DNA from: an uncultured SAR86 cluster bacterium
GTDB taxonomy: Bacteria > Pseudomonadota > Gammaproteobacteria > Magnimaribacterales > D2472
Direction of reading: 5' to 3'
Assembly: GCA_902624425.1 (NCBI GenBank)
Contig: CACNXK010000003.1
Span: forward strand, 41,798-105,797
DNA: 64,000 nucleotides
Below the pieces are notes generated by a model. It searched no databases, was not told where the DNA came from, and saw nothing but the letters and a program-made list of their open reading frames with translations. Positions 9,373-19,154 of this stretch are shown here, in pieces. A program made the position numbers and the translations under genes. Position 1 is the stretch's first letter, and each line of letters begins with the position of its first letter.

Positions 9373-10265
9373 AAAATTTTTGCGGATTAGTTTCTATCGT
9401 AGGAAAACCAAATGTCGGTAAATCTACCTTATTAAATAAAATCATTGAACAAAAGATCTCTATAACATCTAGAAAATCACAAACTACTAGGAATAATATT
9501 CTTGGAATTAAAACAAAAGAAAACTTTCAAATGGTGTTTGTAGATACTCCTGGTGTTCACATGAATGCATCGAAGATTATGAATAAAGTGTTAAATCAAA
9601 CTGCTTTGGGCGCAGTTCAGGACGCTGATGTAATTATTTTTATGATTCAAAGAAACAAAATCAATGCTCTAGATGAACTCATTCTTGAAAAATTAAAAGG
9701 CCTTAAAAATAAAAAGATTTGTGTAATTAATAAACTTGATCAAGTCAAATCTACTAATAGCTTACTGCCTCTTATAGAGCGGTTAAATAATGAGCATGAA
9801 TTTGACGAAATTATTCCAATCTCAGCAAAAACTGGAAAAAATATTAGCGAGCTTGAAGATATCATCTGTAGAAATCTTCCTGAAAATAATCATCTTTATG
9901 ATAGTGAAACAAAGTTTCTAGCAAAAAAATCTTTTATGGTTGCAGAGATAGTTAGAGAGAAAATTATAAGGTTTTTAGGCGACGAGCTGCCACACGAGAT
10001 ATATGTACAAGTTCAAAAGATTGATGATAAAAATAATATCATTAATATTGATGCAGATATTATTGTTGCAAGAGAATCACAAAAAGGAATTGTCGTAGGC
10101 AAAAATGGAGCTAAACTCAAAAAAATTGGTGAAACAGCTAGATTAGATTTAGAGAAATTCTTTAACAAAAAAGTTTTTTTGAAGACATGGGTCAAAACAA
10201 AAAAGAATTGGAATAATGATTCAGACTTTATTTCAAGTCTTGGCATTGGAAGCTTATATGAGTGA
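9369..10265 (+). CDS. era: GTPase Era
   Basis: G1 GKPNVGKSTLLN, G3 DTPG, NKLD, and a KH domain (VARESQKGIVVGKNG). Confidence 0.95.
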   Translation: MKNFCGLVSIVGKPNVGKSTLLNKIIEQKISITSRKSQTTRNNILGIKTKENFQMVFVDTPGVHMNASKIMNKVLNQTALGAVQDADVIIFMIQRNKINALDELILEKLKGLKNKKICVINKLDQVKSTNSLLPLIERLNNEHEFDEIIPISAKTGKNISELEDIICRNLPENNHLYDSETKFLAKKSFMVAEIVREKIIRFLGDELPHEIYVQVQKIDDKNNIINIDADIIVARESQKGIVVGKNGAKLKKIGETARLDLEKFFNKKVFLKTWVKTKKNWNNDSDFISSLGIGSLYE

Positions 10266-10947
10266 ATTATGGCGCGATGCTTTTCTTTTGCACCAAAGGC
10301 CATATGGAAATTCGAGTGTTATGGCTGAAATGTTTACTTTGGATAATGGTCGAATATCAGTCATTGCAAAAGGAGCAAAAAAGCCAAAATCAAAGTTTTT
10401 TGGTGTTTTGTCTCCATTTTCAAAACTAAGAATTACTTATAGGGGAAAATCAGAATTGAAAACTCTTACAAACGTAGATAAAGAGGATATTTTTTCAGAT
10501 AGTTTTTCAAAACTCTCTTATACACTTCTCTATATAAATGAACTATTAATAAAGATTCTCCCTCAGGGTGCCCCGCAAAAAGAATTATTTAATCTTTATG
10601 ATAAGTTTCTATTAGAAATAAAAACTAGCAATGAAATCGATATTATTTTAAGGAGGTTTGAAATTGATTTGCTGGAAATGCTTGGTTATGGAATAAATTT
10701 CATTAATGAAGTTGATTCTGGTCAAAGCATAGACGCGGATAAATTATATGATTTTGTTCCTGAGTTAGGATTTAAGGAATCACCAAATGGTATTTTTAAC
10801 GGTAAAGAGATAATCTCAATATCAAAATTAGATTTTGAGAACATAAATAAAAAGAAATTTAAGTCATTAACCACAATGGCAATCGGATATAGTCTTGATG
10901 GTGGCGATTTAAAAAGTAGACAAATTTTCAAGACTCTTAAAAAATGA
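10258..10947 (+). CDS. recO: DNA repair protein RecO
   Basis: From the internal ATG at 10258, MSELWRDAFLLHQRPYGNSSVMAEMFT parallels the E. coli RecO N-terminus. The track start at 10216 would overlap era by 50 nt. Confidence 0.85.
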   Translation: MSELWRDAFLLHQRPYGNSSVMAEMFTLDNGRISVIAKGAKKPKSKFFGVLSPFSKLRITYRGKSELKTLTNVDKEDIFSDSFSKLSYTLLYINELLIKILPQGAPQKELFNLYDKFLLEIKTSNEIDIILRRFEIDLLEMLGYGINFINEVDSGQSIDADKLYDFVPELGFKESPNGIFNGKEIISISKLDFENINKKKFKSLTTMAIGYSLDGGDLKSRQIFKTLKK

Positions 10948-11315
10948 TAATCGGAACAGGCGTAGATATTGTTGAAATCGAAAGATTTATGAGAATGGAT
11001 AATCTTGATGGGATTGCAAAAAAAATCTTACACTCTAACGAGTTAGCTGAATTCCATAAGAATAAAAATAAATACTTATTCCTTTCAAAAAAGTTTGCTT
11101 TCAAAGAAGCTTTTGTTAAAGCTATTGGTACTGGTTTAAGAGAACCCTTTTTCTTAAACAATATTGAAATAGTTAGAGATAAGTTAGGTAAACCCATGGT
11201 TGTTACTCATGATGAAGCAAAAAAGGAATTTGAGAATTTGGGGATAACAAAAGCGCATGTTAGTCTTTCAGATACGGAGCAATATGTAGTTGCATTTGTT
11301 GTATTAGAAAAATGA
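10944..11315 (+). CDS. acpS: Holo-[acyl-carrier-protein] synthase
   Basis: IIGTGVDIVEIERF N-terminus, 123 aa. It sits after recO; no pdxJ lies between them. Confidence 0.9.
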   Translation: MIIGTGVDIVEIERFMRMDNLDGIAKKILHSNELAEFHKNKNKYLFLSKKFAFKEAFVKAIGTGLREPFFLNNIEIVRDKLGKPMVVTHDEAKKEFENLGITKAHVSLSDTEQYVVAFVVLEK

Positions 11316-11956
11316 ATACCTTTATTTTATTAGGACCCCCTGGAGCAGGAAAGGGCACTCAAGCAGATTTAATTTCAGCACATTTTGGTATTCCTAAAAT
11401 AAGTACTGGCGATATGTTGCGTTCTGCTGTTGCGTCAAAGAGTGATCTTGGAAATAGGGTTGAGGATATCCTTAACTCCGGCAAACTCGTATCAGATGAT
11501 ATTATTATTGAATTAATAAATGACCGTATCAATCAATCAGATTGTAAATTAGGATATCTTTTTGATGGAGTTCCAAGAACACTTGGTCAAGCAGATCTTT
11601 TTTTACAGAATGATATTGGGGTAAAAAAAGTAATAGATATTTCACTAGATGATGAATTAATCATAAAGAGAATGTCAGGAAGAAGATTCCACATAGCATC
11701 GGGTAGAAGCTATCATATTGAATTTAATCCTCCAAAAGTTGATGGCATAGATGACGAAACGGGAGAACCCCTTATTCAAAGAGAGGATGATTTTCCTGAG
11801 ACCGTAAAAAAAAGGCTTGAGGTTTATCATACTCAAACTAAACCACTTACAGATTTTTACAAAAGAAAGGCCTCAGAGGGCATTATGAGCTTTATCTCAA
11901 TTAATGGTAATCAGTCAGTAGACGAAGTCTTTAGCGAAATTAAGACTTATTTATAA
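11312..11956 (+). CDS. adk: Adenylate kinase
   Basis: P-loop GPPGAGKGTQA, GDMLR, and a LID region. Confidence 0.95.
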   Translation: MNTFILLGPPGAGKGTQADLISAHFGIPKISTGDMLRSAVASKSDLGNRVEDILNSGKLVSDDIIIELINDRINQSDCKLGYLFDGVPRTLGQADLFLQNDIGVKKVIDISLDDELIIKRMSGRRFHIASGRSYHIEFNPPKVDGIDDETGEPLIQREDDFPETVKKRLEVYHTQTKPLTDFYKRKASEGIMSFISINGNQSVDEVFSEIKTYL

Positions 11957-11958
11957 AA

Positions 11959-12411
11959 ATGAAAATAATTTCTTATGACGGCTCTATGCAAGAAAAATCA
12001 TCAATGTCAGCTCTATTAGATAATGATATTAAGACTGAAATAATTGAACATGGAAAAAAAACAAGGCCTTCTTGGGAAACATTTTTTAAAAAATTTAATC
12101 TTCGGCATAAAGATTTATCCGACATTGATCTTTTTCTTATTTGTATTGGTCCAGGATCTTCCTATACAGCTGTTCGATCATCAGTCAGCTTCTTCAAAGC
12201 CTTATGCACTGGTTTAAGTAAGCCCTTAGCCGGTATCAGCTATGATGAGCTCAGCAATTTTAGAAAAAAAAATAATGGTGTTGTTAATATAAACTCAGTT
12301 GACATGATAAATCTCGCCAAACTCAATATCGAAGATTATTTAGACTCAACTCCTTCTTCTGTAAATCCTGTTCATGATGAAAGAAATAATTTTAAAGAAA
12401 TGAATGTCTGA
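11959..12411 (+). CDS. tsaB: Shortened TsaB (YeaZ)-like protein
   Basis: 150 aa. LICIGPGSSYTAVRSSVSFFKALCTGLSKPLAGIS aligns by eye with the TsaB core [23 protein letters not shown]...PMIGVS. The N- and C-terminal ends are also TsaB-like, and the middle is missing. Confidence 0.55.
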   Translation: MKIISYDGSMQEKSSMSALLDNDIKTEIIEHGKKTRPSWETFFKKFNLRHKDLSDIDLFLICIGPGSSYTAVRSSVSFFKALCTGLSKPLAGISYDELSNFRKKNNGVVNINSVDMINLAKLNIEDYLDSTPSSVNPVHDERNNFKEMNV

Positions 12412-13192
12412 TATTGTTTTAAGTCTGATGCTTGGTATTATTCAGGGCCTCACTGAATTTCTTCCTATATCAAGTTCGGCCCATCTTCTTATACCTACTC
12501 TTTTATTTGGAGCAAACGACTTAGGGTTAGAATTTGATATTGCAGTTCATGCAGGAACTCTTTGTGCTGTTATCTATTTCTTTAAAGATGATATCAAGGT
12601 TTATATATCATCAATATTCAACTCTTCCAGTAGTTATGAAAATGATAGAAGAGTTGCTATTAATTTATTAATTGCAACAGTACCGATAGTGTTGGCAGGA
12701 ATATTTCTTAACGACTTAATTTCACAAAGGTTAGTAACTAAAGAACTTATTGCATGGTCAAATATTATCTTTGCTTCACTGCTTCTATTAAGCTTTTACT
12801 TATCGAAGAAAAATAAAGATATATTTCATTTATCTATGTCAATGAGCTTTTTTATAGGCTGTATTCAAATCTTTGCATTAATCCCAGGAGCCTCAAGGTC
12901 AGGAGTTGTAATCATGGCTTGTTTATTTTTAGGATTAAACTTAAAAGATTCCTCAAGATTTGCGTTTCTTTTGGCTATTCCAACTATTTTGGGTGCATTG
13001 GTATTTTTGATTAGCGATTCAATTTCAGCAAATTTGAATATTTTTAGCATTCAACTATTCATTGGATTCATAACCTCTGCACTTGTTGCCTTCTTTACTA
13101 TTAAGTATTTCCTTCAATTTGTTGATCGCATTGGTATGACACCTTTTTTTATATATAGAATCTTTTTAGGCCTGTTACTCATAATTCTGTGA
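12404..13192 (+). CDS. uppP: Undecaprenyl-diphosphatase
   Basis: QGLTEFLPISSSAHL and PGASRSG motifs; polytopic membrane protein. Confidence 0.93.
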   Translation: MSDIVLSLMLGIIQGLTEFLPISSSAHLLIPTLLFGANDLGLEFDIAVHAGTLCAVIYFFKDDIKVYISSIFNSSSSYENDRRVAINLLIATVPIVLAGIFLNDLISQRLVTKELIAWSNIIFASLLLLSFYLSKKNKDIFHLSMSMSFFIGCIQIFALIPGASRSGVVIMACLFLGLNLKDSSRFAFLLAIPTILGALVFLISDSISANLNIFSIQLFIGFITSALVAFFTIKYFLQFVDRIGMTPFFIYRIFLGLLLIIL

Positions 13193-13824
13193 AAGAAGAA
13201 CATTTCTTTTATATAAATAACATTCTTCACTATAAGATTAGTAACAATGAAAGTTTAAGCTTTGATTTTCTTAAAGGTAGATTATTTAATCGACTGAAAA
13301 AGATTGAACATGAATCATTAATTAAGAAAGCTATAGGTAAAAATAAAGTTAAATTAAAAATTTTTGACGCCACAGCAGGATCACTTATTGATTCAATAAT
13401 TTTTTTAAAGCTTGGTCACAGAGTTGTTGCATGTGAACATAGCAAAATCCTATATAGGCTTTTAGATGATGCAATTTTAAGAGCTAAAAAGGAATATGAT
13501 TTTTTTGAAAATCTTACATTTGTAAACTTAGACTCAGCTAAAATCATAGATAATCACAAAGATTCAGATATTTTTTATTTTGACCCAATGTTTAAAGACA
13601 TAAAACAAAATGTAAAACGGTCAGGAACCCTCCAAAAAATAGGAAACATTTTGGATCTTGAGAAACTTGAAGACACAAGCATCCAAATTTTTGATCAGTT
13701 GCTAAAAAATAAATATAAAAAGATTATTGTTAAGAGACCAATCAAGAGTAACCCACTCAACGAAAAGATAAATTATCAAGTTAAAGGAAGAGCAATTAGA
13801 TATGATATTTATGTTAAAACTTAA
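13189..13824 (+). CDS. rsmJ: 16S rRNA m2G1516 methyltransferase RsmJ
   Basis: GTG start. DATAGSLIDSIIFLKLGHRV, FYFDPMF, IIVKRP and RYDIYV all parallel E. coli RsmJ (YhiQ). Confidence 0.8.
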   Translation: MKEEHFFYINNILHYKISNNESLSFDFLKGRLFNRLKKIEHESLIKKAIGKNKVKLKIFDATAGSLIDSIIFLKLGHRVVACEHSKILYRLLDDAILRAKKEYDFFENLTFVNLDSAKIIDNHKDSDIFYFDPMFKDIKQNVKRSGTLQKIGNILDLEKLEDTSIQIFDQLLKNKYKKIIVKRPIKSNPLNEKINYQVKGRAIRYDIYVKT

Positions 13825-13827
13825 TGA

Positions 13828-13912
13828 TGGTGCCCCATATCTGAGTCGAACAGATACTCCCGAAGGAACGCGATTTTGAGTCGCGCGCGTCTACCAATTC
13901 CGCCAATGGGGC
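13828..13912 (-). tRNA. tRNA-Leu (anticodon CAA)
   Basis: The reverse complement reads GCCCCATTGGCGGAATTGGTAGACGCGCGCGACTCAAAATCGCG...TTCGACTCAGATATGGGGCACCA. It has a 7-bp acceptor stem, anticodon loop CTCAAAA, a long variable arm and an encoded CCA. Confidence 0.93.
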
Positions 13913-13960
13913 AAGTTGCTAATTGTAGCTAACTATTCATTCTTTTAAAATTAGCAATTT

Positions 13961-14983
13961 ATGAAAACAATAGAATTTGATTACGACTTACCCGAAGAGT
14001 TAATAGCAGCTTATCCTTGCAAAGATAGGACCAAAAGCAGGCTTCTTGTTGACTCTAATCCTGAAGACCACAGAATCTTTTCAGAAATAGATAGATTTAT
14101 AAATAAAGATGATTTATTGATTCTGAATAATACCTCTGTTTTACCAGCAAGATTATTTGGAAAAAAAGAAACTGGTGGGGAAGTGGAAGTTTTTCTTGAG
14201 AGAATTATTGGTGAAACTACAGCACTTGTTCAAATTCGGTCTTCAAGATCACCTAAACCAGGTACAACTATAGTCGTTGAAAATAATGAGCATTGTTTTA
14301 AATTACTGTGCAAGGATCGTAAAGACGAATTCTTTATTATTGATTTTCAAGACGACCCAAAAAAGGTATTTAATTCTCTAGGAAAAATACCGTTGCCACC
14401 TTATATAAAAAGGAAAACTGAGAAAGAGGATAGCCACAGATATCAAACTGTATATGAAAACAAAAATTATCAGGAATCTGTTGCTGCACCTACAGCAGGG
14501 CTTCATTTTGATAACTTATTATTAAGAAAATTAAAAAAGAAAGGCACAAAGATTGAATATATTAATTTGACGGTTGGGGCGGGAACTTTTCAACCAGTTA
14601 AAGCAGAAAACATCACTGATCACAAAATTCATAGTGAGTACATTAATGTTTCGAAAGAGCTCGTTAACGAAATAATAAATACTAAAAAGATTGGTGGAAA
14701 TGTAATAGCAGTTGGGACAACTTCGTTAAGGGCCATAGAAACAGTATTTTCAAAACAATTAGATGAATATGATGGGTTAACAGATATTTTTATTTATCCA
14801 GGATATGAATTTAAAGCAATTGATAAGTTAATAACAAATTTTCACTTACCTAAATCAACTTTACTAATGCTTGTAGCTGCATTCATAGGTTTTGATAGAA
14901 TGAAACACTTATATGAAATAGCAATCAAAGAAAGATACCGGTTTCTTTCTTATGGCGATGCAACGTTTCTTACTAGAAAATGA
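13961..14983 (+). CDS. queA: S-adenosylmethionine:tRNA ribosyltransferase-isomerase
   Basis: [12 protein letters not shown]-terminus and [10 protein letters not shown]. Precedes tgt. Confidence 0.95.
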   Translation: MKTIEFDYDLPEELIAAYPCKDRTKSRLLVDSNPEDHRIFSEIDRFINKDDLLILNNTSVLPARLFGKKETGGEVEVFLERIIGETTALVQIRSSRSPKPGTTIVVENNEHCFKLLCKDRKDEFFIIDFQDDPKKVFNSLGKIPLPPYIKRKTEKEDSHRYQTVYENKNYQESVAAPTAGLHFDNLLLRKLKKKGTKIEYINLTVGAGTFQPVKAENITDHKIHSEYINVSKELVNEIINTKKIGGNVIAVGTTSLRAIETVFSKQLDEYDGLTDIFIYPGYEFKAIDKLITNFHLPKSTLLMLVAAFIGFDRMKHLYEIAIKERYRFLSYGDATFLTRK

Positions 14984-16101
14984 AATACAAACTTTTAAAA
15001 AAAGATGGTTATGCAAGAAGAGGTTTCCTTGAACTTCAACACGGCGACATTCAGACACCTGTATTTATGCCTGTTGGCACAAATGCAACAGTTAAGGGTT
15101 TAACTGTTGAAGATCTTGAAGAAACAGGCTCACAAATAATTCTTTCTAATACATATCATTTAATGCTCCGTCCGGGAGATGAAATCATAAAAGATTTAGG
15201 CGGTCTTCATAGTTTTTGTAATTGGCAAAAACCTATCCTTACTGACTCAGGGGGCTTTCAAGTTTGGAGTTTAGGCGATCTTGCAAAAGTATCAGAGAAG
15301 GGAGTAAGTTTTAAATCACCATATGATGGAAAAAATATATTTATGAGTCCAGAAGATTCCATACAAATTCAAGAAAACCTTGGATCAGATATTGTGATGG
15401 TATTTGATGAATGCACAAATTATCCATCTACTAAAAAAGTTGCACAACAATCTATGGAGCTATCAGCTAGATGGGCTGCCAGATCGAAAGATGCTCATAA
15501 ATCTCAATCAGCATTATTCGGGATTGTTCAGGGAGGAATGTTTGAAGATTTGAGAGAAGAATCACTAAACCTTACTCTGGGATGTGAATTTGATGGCATT
15601 GCAATTGGAGGATTAAGTGTTGGAGAACCCAAGGAAGAAAAAACCAAAGTACTGAGGCATTTGTCAAAAATTCTTCCAGATGATAAGCCTAGGTACCTTA
15701 TGGGAGTTGGCAAGCCTGAAGATATCGTTGAGGCAGTTTTCTTTGGTGTTGAAATGTTTGACTGCGTCTTGCCTACACGTAATGCAAGGAATGGACAGCT
15801 TATAACAAGCACAGGCGTTATAAATATAAGGAATGCGAAATATAGAAATGATGATTCTCCCATAGATGATAATTCAGATTCTAAGGTGTGTAAGAATTAC
15901 TCAAAAGCTTATTTACATCATTTAGATAAAACTAATGAAATGCTTGGATCAATGCTTGCCAGCTACCACAATATTTATTACTACCATGAACTTATGAGGC
16001 AAATAAGGCAGTCAATTGATGACGATATATTCGTAAACTTTGCAAAAGACTTTTATAATAGTCGAAATTTACCAATTCCAGATTATTTGGAGGGCTTATA
16101 A
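14980..16101 (+). CDS. tgt: Queuine tRNA-ribosyltransferase
   Basis: [33 protein letters not shown]. Confidence 0.96.
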   Translation: MKYKLLKKDGYARRGFLELQHGDIQTPVFMPVGTNATVKGLTVEDLEETGSQIILSNTYHLMLRPGDEIIKDLGGLHSFCNWQKPILTDSGGFQVWSLGDLAKVSEKGVSFKSPYDGKNIFMSPEDSIQIQENLGSDIVMVFDECTNYPSTKKVAQQSMELSARWAARSKDAHKSQSALFGIVQGGMFEDLREESLNLTLGCEFDGIAIGGLSVGEPKEEKTKVLRHLSKILPDDKPRYLMGVGKPEDIVEAVFFGVEMFDCVLPTRNARNGQLITSTGVINIRNAKYRNDDSPIDDNSDSKVCKNYSKAYLHHLDKTNEMLGSMLASYHNIYYYHELMRQIRQSIDDDIFVNFAKDFYNSRNLPIPDYLEGL

Positions 16102-16383
16102 ATGGAATTTTTCCCACTGTTATTTTTACTTTTTTTATTTGCTTTGTTGTATTTCACGACAATTAGACCACAACAAAAACGTCAAAAAGAAATCAATGCA
16201 ATGCTTGATGCACTTGAGAAAGGTGATGAGATATCAACTGCAGGAGGAATTCTTGGTAAGGTAAGAAATATTAAGGGACCTTATGTGGCAATTGAAGTCA
16301 GCGAAAATGTAACTTTCAAGATTCAAAAGACTGCTATTGCAAATACTTTACCTAAAGGAACTATAGATTCCATAAATAGCTAA
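16102..16383 (+). CDS. yajC: Preprotein translocase subunit YajC
   Basis: 93 aa, single TM followed by IRPQQKRQKE. Lies in the tgt-yajC-secD-secF order. Confidence 0.9.
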   Translation: MEFFPLLFLLFLFALLYFTTIRPQQKRQKEINAMLDALEKGDEISTAGGILGKVRNIKGPYVAIEVSENVTFKIQKTAIANTLPKGTIDSINS

Positions 16384-16386
16384 TTT

Positions 16387-18246
16387 ATGAATAAATTTCC
16401 GACATGGCGCTACTTTGTAATTATTGCAGTGCTAATGCTTGGGATACTTTATGCTCTTCCTAATCTTTATCCGGCGCAACCTGCAATCCAGGTAGCTTAT
16501 ACAGATTCGTCTAAATCTGCAGATCAATCGTTACTCAATACAATCCGAGAAGAAATTGCTAAGCAAGATATAAAAATTTCAGAAATTAATCTCAAGAATA
16601 ACAACATTGTTGCTCAGTTTTCTTCTGTAGAAGATCAACTTGTAGCTAAAACAGCCCTTCAGAAGGCTTTACTTGACAAAGTTATTGTTGCATTAAAGCT
16701 TGAGCCTACTACTCCAGAATGGTTAGCATCTATTGGTGGACGACCTCTTAAACTTGGTCTTGACCTGTCAGGCGGTGTTCATTTCTTATTAGAGGTAGAT
16801 GTTGAAACGGCTCTGGGTGATAAAGTTGATGGCCTTTTAAATTCCTATAGAAAGAAATTTAGAGCTGAAAACATAAACTATATTTCTTCATCAATTTCAG
16901 GTGAACAGGTTACATTTAAATTTAAATCTAATGAGGATTATGAAAAAGCGTTAGATATATTCCTCACAGATACCCTTACTCCTACCGGATCTCAATTTGA
17001 TTTAGTTGAGCAGAGTAATATCTCAACTTTAAAGGTAAGTTATTCAGATACAGCTATTAAAGAGCTGCGAGATTATGCAGTTAAGCAAAACTTAATGACA
17101 CTTAGAAATAGAGTTAATGAACTAGGGGTATCAGAGCCAGTTGTTCAGCGACAAGGGGCAAATAGAATTGTTGTTGAATTACCTGGTGTTCAAGATACTG
17201 CAGCAGCAAAAAAGATTATTGGTAAAACAGCTAACTTAGAATTTAGACTTGAAGCAAAATCTAATGCATCACGTCTGAGAAAAACTGAGTTTGAGTATAA
17301 AGACGAGAGATATGGAACAGCATTTTTAGAAAATGATGTAATTGTTACCGGCGATAGAGTCACAAATGCTAATACAGGTTTTGATGAGAGTGGTTTTGCT
17401 CAAGTAAACATTACTCTGGATATGCAGGGTGGAAGAGCCATGCAGCGAGCTACTAATGGCAATGTTGGCAGAAGACTTGGTGTCTTATTTGTTGAGCAGA
17501 AAAGTAAATCTACACTTGTTATAGATGAGTTCGGTAACGAGGTGATTGAACAAACCTCATACATAGAAAAAAATATAATTAATCTTGCAACTGTTCAAGC
17601 TGTTTTAGGAACTAATTTTAGAATCACTGGTGTTGGCTCACCACAAGAGGCAAGTGAACTTGCATTGTTATTAAGAGCTGGTGCTTTGGCCGCGCCAATG
17701 AAATTTGTTGAGGAAAGAACTGTAGGGCCTAGCCTTGGGAAAGAAAATATTGAACTAGGTATGAGATCAGTAATGATAGGGTTTTTAATGGTTATTCTTT
17801 TTATGGGCTTTTATTATCGATTATTTGGATTAGCAGCAAACGTAGCACTTGCATCCAATCTTGTTCTTATAACCGGGATTATGTCTCTGCTTGGTGCAAC
17901 ACTTACATTGCCGGGTATTGCTGGAATAGTTTTAACAGTTGGTATGGCTGTAGATGCAAACGTTCTAATATTTTCAAGAATTAGAGAAGAGCTCAAAGGT
18001 GGTAAAAATCCGCATCAGGCAATTCAAGATGGCTTCTCAAGAGCATTTATAACAATCTTTGATGCCAATGTAACGACTCTGATTGCTGCATTAATTTTAT
18101 ATGCGATTGGTACAGGCCCAATTAAGGGATTTGCTGTAACTCTTTCAATTGGGATCATTACGTCAATGTTTACTGCAATAATGGGAACAAGAGCAATTGT
18201 TCAATTAATTTATGGGTCTAAAAATATTAAGGAGCTTAGAGTTTGA
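16387..18246 (+). CDS. secD: Protein translocase subunit SecD
   Basis: 619 aa. LGLDLSGGVHFLLEVD and the C-terminal 6-TM SecDF core. Confidence 0.95.
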   Translation: MNKFPTWRYFVIIAVLMLGILYALPNLYPAQPAIQVAYTDSSKSADQSLLNTIREEIAKQDIKISEINLKNNNIVAQFSSVEDQLVAKTALQKALLDKVIVALKLEPTTPEWLASIGGRPLKLGLDLSGGVHFLLEVDVETALGDKVDGLLNSYRKKFRAENINYISSSISGEQVTFKFKSNEDYEKALDIFLTDTLTPTGSQFDLVEQSNISTLKVSYSDTAIKELRDYAVKQNLMTLRNRVNELGVSEPVVQRQGANRIVVELPGVQDTAAAKKIIGKTANLEFRLEAKSNASRLRKTEFEYKDERYGTAFLENDVIVTGDRVTNANTGFDESGFAQVNITLDMQGGRAMQRATNGNVGRRLGVLFVEQKSKSTLVIDEFGNEVIEQTSYIEKNIINLATVQAVLGTNFRITGVGSPQEASELALLLRAGALAAPMKFVEERTVGPSLGKENIELGMRSVMIGFLMVILFMGFYYRLFGLAANVALASNLVLITGIMSLLGATLTLPGIAGIVLTVGMAVDANVLIFSRIREELKGGKNPHQAIQDGFSRAFITIFDANVTTLIAALILYAIGTGPIKGFAVTLSIGIITSMFTAIMGTRAIVQLIYGSKNIKELRV

Positions 18247-19154
18247 TGAATATTAATTTCATGCGATTTAGAAAGATTGCAATTACTATTTCATTAATTT
18301 TGTTTGTAGGCTCAATTGGATCTATTTTCATGAAAGGTCTTAGTCTTGGCTTAGATTTCAGCGGAGGAACACTTGTTGAAATCCAGTATGAGGATTCTGT
18401 AGATCTTTCAGAAATTAGAGCTGTTTTAAGTGAAAATGGCTATGAAGATTTCCAAGTTGTTAATTTTGGTTCTAGTTTAGATGTCCTTATAAAAATTGCT
18501 GATCAGCCTGGTAATAGTTCTCTTGGTGATCAAATATTTGCTTTGTTATCCTCAAATAATTTTGAAGGAGAGCTCAAACGAATTGAATTTGTTGGTCCTC
18601 AAATTGGGTCAGAACTGAGAGACCAAGGTGGCTTAGGGATGCTTGTTGCTCTTGGAATGATCTTGCTCTATGTAGCTTTTAGATTCCAATATAAATTTGC
18701 TTTGGGAGCTGTAGCAGCGCTAGGACATGATGTGGTAATTATCTTAGGATTATTCTCAATTTTTGCTTGGGATTTTGATCTTTCCGTCTTAGCTGCTCTT
18801 TTAGCGGTAATAGGTTACTCACTTAATGACTCAATAGTTGTATCCGATAGGATTAGAGAAAACTTTAGATCAGAGAGGGCTCTAGGTTCTGAAGATTTAA
18901 TAAATCTCTCTCTTAATCAAACTCTAAGTAGAACAGTGATTACGTCTTTAACGACTTTACTTGTTTTATTCGCACTATTTTTCTTTGGCGGTGATGCTGT
19001 AAGAGGATTCAGTTTAGGTCTAATTATTGGGGTTCTAATTGGAACATATTCATCACTTTATATTGTTACAACAATACTTATTTCATTAAATTTATCTCAA
19101 GAAGATATGGCTGTGCCCGATGTTGAGGGTGCAGAATTTGATGATATGCCCTAA
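18243..19154 (+). CDS. secF: Protein translocase subunit SecF
   Basis: GLDFSGGTLVEIQY and GYSLNDSIVVSDRIREN. Confidence 0.95.
   Translation: MMNINFMRFRKIAITISLILFVGSIGSIFMKGLSLGLDFSGGTLVEIQYEDSVDLSEIRAVLSENGYEDFQVVNFGSSLDVLIKIADQPGNSSLGDQIFALLSSNNFEGELKRIEFVGPQIGSELRDQGGLGMLVALGMILLYVAFRFQYKFALGAVAALGHDVVIILGLFSIFAWDFDLSVLAALLAVIGYSLNDSIVVSDRIRENFRSERALGSEDLINLSLNQTLSRTVITSLTTLLVLFALFFFGGDAVRGFSLGLIIGVLIGTYSSLYIVTTILISLNLSQEDMAVPDVEGAEFDDMP

Noticed and set aside
10216-10257. Upstream-extended starts offered by the ORF track for recO (10216), suhB (19981), trmJ (19946), the second acyl-CoA ligase (56332), DUF2147 (28390), the esterase (47037) and the L33-like ORF (45697).
   Set aside because: The internal ATG codons give N-termini that match the known family N-termini or signal peptides. 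They also avoid long overlaps with neighbouring genes. The extensions encode implausible sequence.
16040-16264. 74-aa + strand ORF spanning the tgt/yajC junction.
   Set aside because: It is out of frame with two strongly supported genes that abut exactly (16101/16102), and the product has no recognisable features.
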